Shown piece by piece: positions 16,472 to 20,747 of a stretch of 20,747 nt of DNA. The stretch comes from a virus, in UHGV virus genome UHGV-0017034; one strand, 5' to 3'. The notes under the pieces were generated by a model, which did no database searches, had not been told where the DNA came from, and worked only from the letters and a program-made list of their open reading frames with translations. The translations under genes were made by a program, and so were the position numbers. Numbering within the stretch: the first letter of the stretch is position 1; every line of letters begins with the position of its first letter.

Positions 16472-16593
16472 GTGTAGGGTTAGTGTAGGTGTGTAGGTTT
16501 CATAGTGTAGGTTTGAGGGTGTTATAGTGTAGGTTTACTGACTAGTGTAGTGTAGGCCAATCCCTTTAAAGCGTAGGTTTGTAGTGTAGGTTT
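16472..16593. repeat. Iteron array: about 9 copies of GTGTAGG(TTT)
   Basis: Copies start at 16472, 16483, 16491, 16505, 16527, 16550, 16584, with a variant GCGTAGGTTT at 16571 and a half-site at 16545; spacing often 11 or 22-23 bp; flanked by an AT-rich tract (16594-16700). Confidence 0.7.
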
Positions 16594-16698
16594 TTCATCA
16601 AAAATTTTGATAGAAAATTCTTGTATATTATTTAACCGGAAAATCACCAAAAATCGCTGTAAATGCATGATTTAAAAAGAATTATCAAAAGGTCGCCG

Positions 16699-16707
16699 TG
16701 CTATAAT
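16699..16707 (+). promoter_or_regulatory. Extended -10 promoter element TGCTATAAT
   Basis: TG-n-TATAAT perfect match; -35 weak. Confidence 0.35.
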
Positions 16708-16787
16708 AGGTTATAAAGGTTGATAATCGTTATCCGCCATTTTCACACAAAAATTTTGATAGTCATTTCTCGCTTAGGTCAAGTGCA

Positions 16788-16816
16788 TTGACAACTGTCA
16801 AGGATTATTTTATACT
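16788..16816 (+). promoter_or_regulatory. Sigma70 consensus promoter TTGACA-17-TATACT with overlapping palindrome TTGACA-AC-TGTCAA
   Basis: -35 at 16788-16793, -10 at 16811-16816, exact 17-bp spacer; GTCAAGTGC 9-mer at 16778-16786 shared with the 15358 region. Confidence 0.6.
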
Positions 16817-17158
16817 TTTTCTCATTGGTAGGGGTTGAAATTTTCGAAACAATCCCCATATTGATGATAAACAAGATTTTTTCGTGTATAAATACATGCA
16901 TGAAATGATTGTTCACTTCTGAAAATCCCCTGATTCACTGTTAACACACACAGCACTGGTTAAACACACAGTGCCTTTTCGATTGAATAATGTACGAATT
17001 GATTAATTATTAATCTTCTCTTTAGCAATTCGTGCTCCCGCTGATCAGATATACAGTGGTTTTGCAGGGTTTTCTGAAATGACTTTTATAAATAGAAGTA
17101 TCGAGGGCGAAAAGCTCTTTTTATTGTCCTTATTAATCCACATTTGAGGAATCTACTT

Positions 17159-17338
17159 ATGGCTAGACCTGTTAAGTTTACTCGTGAAATGATTGTTGAT
17201 ATTGCTAAACGCTTTTATGGCGATACTGAACGAGGCGGCGAGAATTTCTTTAAGAAGGAAGGAATTGATAGAAGCGGATTCTATAAGCTAATGAAGAAAT
17301 ACGAAATTCAGATAAAGATTAACGTTCAAGTTTGTTAA
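17159..17338 (+). CDS. Small HTH protein (59 aa), paralog of the 13705-13932 product
   Basis: GAGGAA RBS 9 nt upstream of ATG 17159 (the track ORF begins at a TTG at 17144); MARPVKFTREMIVDIAKRFY...GIDRSGFYKLMKKYEIQ parallels the other paralog. Confidence 0.55.
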   Translation: MARPVKFTREMIVDIAKRFYGDTERGGENFFKKEGIDRSGFYKLMKKYEIQIKINVQVC

Positions 17339-17379
17339 TCCACTTTCACTGAGAATTATACGATGGCTTTAAAAATAAA

Positions 17380-17409
17380 AAGCCTCCCTTGTTGCAGCAA
17401 AGGAGGCTT
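17380..17409. promoter_or_regulatory. Long hairpin between the small HTH gene and the 333-aa gene; terminator-like only in minus orientation
   Basis: AAGCCUCC...GGAGGCUU with inner UUGC/GCAA pairing; plus-strand A-run upstream gives a U-tract only on the minus strand. Confidence 0.4.
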
Positions 17410-17454
17410 GAAATGAACAATTAAAACTAACACAGCATTCAGGAGTATTTATAA

Positions 17455-18456
17455 ATGAAAAATTCTAAGCGCATCACCTTCAACCTGTTTATTAAATCCA
17501 ACGGCAAACTGAACATTACCGTCATGGAAGGTAAAGCAAGCAAACAAGACAAATCCTTTGAAGTAGTATCCGGTAAGACTCTGACCGAAATGCGTCAGAA
17601 TGCTGGCATCAAAGACGGTGCTGAATGGCAGATCACTAACCGTTTCGACAAACGTCACGTTAAACCTACACTGGTAGAAGGTGAATCCGTTTATTGCTTC
17701 GCTCGTGCTGTTAAAGCCGATGAAACTTACTATCTCGCTGTTGTTAAAACTGCTTCCGGCTTCCGTGCTGTAATGCATCACAAGAGCAAGCGTAACGAAT
17801 ACGGCGTAGAGACCCAGGAAGTCGCAAAACGCTTCCGTACTGTTGCTACCGAATCCACTGTAAAGGATGTTTCTGGTACTGTTAACACCGTTAAAGGCGG
17901 TTCCTTCTACAACCACGCATTACAGGTTACTTCCTCCTTCTTCTGCAAAAAAGAAGCACAGAAAGAAGTTGCTCCGGTAGTAGTTGAAGAAGTTAAAGAA
18001 GAAGTTGCAGTGGTTGAATCTTCCGAAGTTGAAGCACTGAAAGCACGCATTGCTGAACTGGAAGCTGAAAACGCATCTCTGAAAGCTGAACTGGCAGCAC
18101 AGGAAACCACTTTCGAAGTAGCAGCGGTTGAAGTTGAAGCAGTTGAAGAAAAATCCATTGATGAAGAACTGGAAGAACTCCTTAACTATCGCTGGGGTAA
18201 CGGTGAAAAAGTAGAACAGGAAGAACAGAAAGAAGCTGATCCGGTAGTAGTTCCGGTTGAAGAAAAATCCGCACCTGTTACTAACTTTGAATCCCTGCGC
18301 AATAACTTTATGGCTAAATTCAAAACCACTTGGGAAGATACCGAAGAAGAACAAGAAGAGATTGAAGTAAACGAAGACGAGATCCGCGAAGCACAGATGG
18401 CACTGCATGACGCTATCTACGACACCAACTACAGCGCCTACGCATACGCAGCTTAA
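17455..18456 (+). CDS. Hypothetical abundant protein (333 aa): N-terminal globular domain plus acidic Glu/Val/Ala-rich coiled coil
   Basis: AGGAG RBS; codon usage visibly different from neighbours (CGT, CTG, GGT, TCC, ACC, GAA, AAA, TTC, TAC preferred), typical of highly expressed E. coli-type genes; leucine-zipper-like EALKARIAELEAENASLKAELAA. Confidence 0.8.
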   Translation: MKNSKRITFNLFIKSNGKLNITVMEGKASKQDKSFEVVSGKTLTEMRQNAGIKDGAEWQITNRFDKRHVKPTLVEGESVYCFARAVKADETYYLAVVKTASGFRAVMHHKSKRNEYGVETQEVAKRFRTVATESTVKDVSGTVNTVKGGSFYNHALQVTSSFFCKKEAQKEVAPVVVEEVKEEVAVVESSEVEALKARIAELEAENASLKAELAAQETTFEVAAVEVEAVEEKSIDEELEELLNYRWGNGEKVEQEEQKEADPVVVPVEEKSAPVTNFESLRNNFMAKFKTTWEDTEEEQEEIEVNEDEIREAQMALHDAIYDTNYSAYAYAA

Positions 18457-18471
18457 TAGAGGGGTGAATCT

Positions 18472-18714
18472 ATGATGAATCAAAACAAAGAATTTCTGGG
18501 TAATCTGATGTTAGAAATTACCAAAATGAAAGAAAGAATGGTAGCGATGGAATCAGAGATTAAAACACTTAAAGCTGATAATAAGGCGTTGAGAAAGTCC
18601 TTAAAGCTGATTGATGAGACTAATGCGGTTATGATGGATCATGTATTCCCTGAGTGGCGAAATGAAACTAAACCTACACAACATAAGAAACTTACACTTC
18701 GAATTGTTGCATAA
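18472..18714 (+). CDS. Small coiled-coil protein (80 aa)
   Basis: GAGGGG RBS; heptad-like MKERMVAMESEIKTLKADNKALRKSLKLI; starts 16 nt after the upstream stop. Confidence 0.55.
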   Translation: MMNQNKEFLGNLMLEITKMKERMVAMESEIKTLKADNKALRKSLKLIDETNAVMMDHVFPEWRNETKPTQHKKLTLRIVA

Positions 18715-18736
18715 AAAAAAGGACTCCGAAGAGTCC
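18713..18736 (-). terminator. Bidirectional-type terminator hairpin (U8 tract on the minus strand)
   Basis: GGACUC-CGAA/UUCG-GAGUCC perfect 6-bp stem; plus-strand A8 at 18713-18720 gives U8 after the stem on the minus strand; also lies immediately 3' of the plus-strand 80-aa gene. Confidence 0.65.
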
Positions 18737-18812
18737 CTAGTAAGTTTAGGTTAGGTTTGCACAACAAAGATGAGGTTATAATGAACATAATGCTACATTA
18801 TTCTTTAAAGCC

Positions 18813-18838
18813 AGAAAAATAACCGCCCCGAAGGGCGG
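18813..18838 (-). terminator. Rho-independent terminator (minus strand) ending the small-terminase transcript
   Basis: Minus-strand RNA CCGCCC-UUCG-GGGCGG followed by UUAUUUUUCU. Confidence 0.65.
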
Positions 18839-19000
18839 GAGGATTAATACTCAATCTATACTTGTTATGTTTTTATGTTGTATAGATCCTGACTATGAAA
18901 ACACTGTACTGGAAGTGTGTTTTTATGGCTTTTAATCGGGAATCCTCAAAGAAGATCCCCTGTTAATAACCATAAGGAGAAAAGGCAGATTACACTATTA

Positions 19001-19171
19001 TTTAGTATCCTTTTTACAGCAACTAAAAAGAATAAACAAAAAGAAGCATACCCAGCCGTAAGGCGTACCGATTAGAAATTTGAAAAACACCACCAGCGAT
19101 ATAAAAATCAATTTAATGCCAGCGACGATAGTCAAAAACAGCAGAGTAGCAAAGTAGACAAAAAGATCCAT
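19001..19171 (-). CDS. Small hydrophobic membrane protein (56 aa, about two TM segments), below the ORF-track cutoff
   Basis: AAGAGG RBS 7 nt upstream of ATG; hand translation MDLFVYFATLLFLTIVAGIKLIFISLVVFFKFLIGTPYGWVCFFLFILFSCCKKDTK. Confidence 0.5.
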
Positions 19172-19224
19172 AGATAATCCTCTTTGAAAACGACCATCAT
19201 CTATAGTTCAATTCATCGATTTAA

Positions 19225-19326
19225 TTAATGATACTTGAAAGCGTTACACAAAGTAGAAATGCCAATATGTGCCAGTGAATATACGATAGTTAATCCTACA
19301 GCCAGATAAATCAAAAATTCAACCAT
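19225..19326 (-). CDS. Possible 33-aa hydrophobic peptide
   Basis: GAGGA about 9 nt upstream; hand translation MVEFLIYLAVGLTIVYSLAHIGISTLCNAFKYH; very short, weakly supported. Confidence 0.3.
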   Translation of the reverse strand: MVEFLIYLAVGLTIVYSLAHIGISTLCNAFKYH

Positions 19327-19356
19327 AGGTAAATCCTCAAATAAGAAAAAGGTTAG

Positions 19357-19375
19357 CGGGGGATGTTCTCCCCCG
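19357..19375 (-). promoter_or_regulatory. Hairpin downstream of the small terminase gene
   Basis: CGGGGGA-N5-UCCCCCG perfect 7-bp stem; U-rich tract begins about 6 nt after the stem on the minus strand. Confidence 0.35.
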
Positions 19376-19426
19376 TAGACGTTGACCAGCTCAACATCCT
19401 TCACGTATATATTTAGTATCTAATTT

Positions 19427-19978
19427 TTAAGACACATCAAATTCATCGTCTTCTTCTGGTTCTTGTTCCGGTTCATCCATTAATGGTAATTCTTCTTCCT
19501 CGTCTTCTCCCAAATCTGCATTTTCGAACAAGTCCCCTACTTCATTTAAACGACGCTCGATAATCTCTCTTAGCTTATTCTTCAATGTTTTCTGGTCATT
19601 GGCAGATTCGAGAATTTCTAGGGCATCGATTGTGGCGATCTGCAAAATAGTCTGCTTCACTTTCCCGCAATATTCCGCTAGCTCCTGCTCCACATACCCG
19701 ACGGGAATCAGGAGATTCATCGCTTCCTGGTTCTCTCGTTCGGCTGCATCTGCTAATGCTCTCTCACGGCGTAATTTCTCTACGTCGATTTGTTCCTTGA
19801 CAGTAGTTTCTTTAAGCGGGTTGATGATATTTTTCAAGACCCATTCTGTTCCTTCTTTGGCTGGCACGCGGCGGGTATTGGTATTAAATGGCATTCCTCG
19901 TTCTTGCCATTTCTTAGCGGCGTTAATTGTATAGCCGTATAAACGGGAAATTTCTGTAAGGGTTAATTCTTCTTTCAT
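19427..19978 (-). CDS. terS: Terminase small subunit, lambda Nu1-like (183 aa from the RBS-supported start)
   Basis: LTLTEISRLYGYTINAAKKWQERGMPF parallels the lambda Nu1 N-terminal HTH (IFGASIRTIQNWQEQGMPV as recalled); acidic C-terminal tail; GGAGGA sits 8 nt upstream of Met-6 (19978), while the first ATG at 19993 has no SD. Confidence 0.65.
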   Translation of the reverse strand: MKEELTLTEISRLYGYTINAAKKWQERGMPFNTNTRRVPAKEGTEWVLKNIINPLKETTVKEQIDVEKLRRERALADAAERENQEAMNLLIPVGYVEQELAEYCGKVKQTILQIATIDALEILESANDQKTLKNKLREIIERRLNEVGDLFENADLGEDEEEELPLMDEPEQEPEEDDEFDVS

Positions 19979-20089
19979 CCGGTTATCCTCCATTAAATTT
20001 GCGTAAAATTATTTATCTGATCTGCGCATTCAGGAGAGCGCCTAAAACGCTTTATAACGAAGGGAAAGATCGAGGCATGGAAAGGGATT

Positions 20090-20140
20090 GGCGGGTGTTA
20101 ATAGTCGCGTAGCGACCGCGCTGGTGGGCTGCACTGCACC
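20090..20140. other. Candidate cos / packaging-initiation site
   Basis: GC-rich island in AT-rich DNA about 120 bp upstream of the Nu1-like gene, containing the perfect palindrome GTCGC-GTA-GCGAC (20104-20116); GGAAAGGGA-like repeats lie between it and the gene. Confidence 0.25.
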
Positions 20141-20217
20141 TGTTTTGAAATCTCACACGTACATCAAAAACCGGGGTGCCGAAAACTCCCTTTATTTCAT
20201 CCGTGGAACAGTACCTT

Positions 20218-20246
20218 TTGATTTGGTCAAGTCTTTTTTATAAATA
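20218..20246 (+). promoter_or_regulatory. Possible promoter for the 20278 gene (TTGATT, short spacer, TATAAA/ATAAAT)
   Basis: -35-like TTGATT at 20218-20223 and -10-like TATAAA at 20239-20244; spacer is 15-16 nt, so weak. Confidence 0.3.
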
Positions 20247-20277
20247 ATCGAAAATATTTTTCACGCGAGGGCAAATC

Positions 20278-20583
20278 ATGAAGACTAAAGATATTAAGAT
20301 TGAATTTGAAACTGTTGATGACGTTCGGGAACATCGCATTGATTCTACTGGCTGCATCTTCCAGCTTACTAACTCCCCTATTGGATTGATTATCTATGTA
20401 GCAGAAGATGACGTGTACGCTATATGGGATGGACAGGATGAGTTTAAAGGCGGGAATAGCCATCTGATCAATACTCATGAGGGATTTGATCCGACTCCTG
20501 TCTGTATGCTTGCTTATCACGTAACACTGGATGAACTACCGGAAGCAAGCGCGCGTATCCGTAGAATGAAAGACATTAAGTGA
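20278..20583 (+). CDS. Hypothetical protein (101 aa)
   Basis: GAGGG RBS 5 nt upstream of ATG; followed 20 nt later by a strong terminator; divergent from terS. Confidence 0.6.
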   Translation: MKTKDIKIEFETVDDVREHRIDSTGCIFQLTNSPIGLIIYVAEDDVYAIWDGQDEFKGGNSHLINTHEGFDPTPVCMLAYHVTLDELPEASARIRRMKDIK

Positions 20584-20602
20584 TGTAAGTGATTGATTCT
20601 AT

Positions 20603-20633
20603 AGCCCTGTCCTTGTGATGGGGCTTTTTTATT
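20603..20633 (+). terminator. Rho-independent terminator (plus strand)
   Basis: AGCCCUGUC-CUUGU-GAUGGGGCU (9-bp stem with two G-U) followed by UUUUUUAUU. Confidence 0.7.
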
Positions 20634-20649
20634 GGAAAATCGGGTGTTA

Positions 20650-20747
<98 letters not shown>

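Noticed and set aside
16472-16593. Repeat array considered as a CRISPR array
   Set aside because: Repeat unit is only 7-11 bp with 1-15 bp irregular gaps, not 28-37-bp repeats separated by unique spacers, and no cas genes are present
17144-17158. TTG-initiated 5' extension of the small HTH gene
   Set aside because: The RBS GAGGAA is correctly spaced for the ATG at 17159; the TTG start would place the RBS inside the coding region
17449-18483. Minus-strand ORFs antisense to the 333-aa gene (17449-17916, 17907-18158, 17920-18483)
   Set aside because: Phe/Cys-rich artefacts of the antisense strand of a GAA/GTT-rich, codon-optimised gene
20227-20520. 97-aa minus-strand ORF
   Set aside because: Overlaps the plus-strand 101-aa gene, which has a well-spaced GAGGG RBS and its own terminator; the minus ORF has neither

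Overview
This window reads as an AT-rich tailed-phage (or prophage) segment with sigma70-consensus promoters and AAGGGG-type Shine-Dalgarno motifs, consistent with an enterobacterial-type host. The minus strand from ~12982 down to ~105 is one lambda/HK97-like morphogenesis operon: GpA-family large terminase, a gpW-like protein, portal, a single-ORF prohead protease-scaffold-major capsid fusion, two small connector-like proteins, a 277-aa structural protein, a 1174-aa fiber with a C-terminal S74 intramolecular-chaperone domain, three tandem translationally coupled ~100-aa paralogs, and a gpV-like tail tube protein followed by a strong terminator. Almost every gene junction in this operon carries a hairpin. 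The Nu1-like small terminase gene (19427-19978) lies ~6.4 kb upstream of the large terminase, separated by an accessory and regulatory block: a Rha-family regulator, three small paralogous HTH proteins, a codon-optimised acidic coiled-coil protein, a 152-aa protein with an acidic tail, and a ~1.25-kb ORF-free control region (15894-17158). That control region holds a helically phased GTGTAGG iteron array, palindromic operator-like sites, strong promoters and a hairpin-dense candidate ncRNA, and is the strongest candidate for something undescribed, alongside the paralog triplet next to the fiber gene. No rRNA, tRNA, CRISPR array, integrase or transposase was recognised. All family assignments come from reading motifs against remembered sequences; no database search or computation was run.
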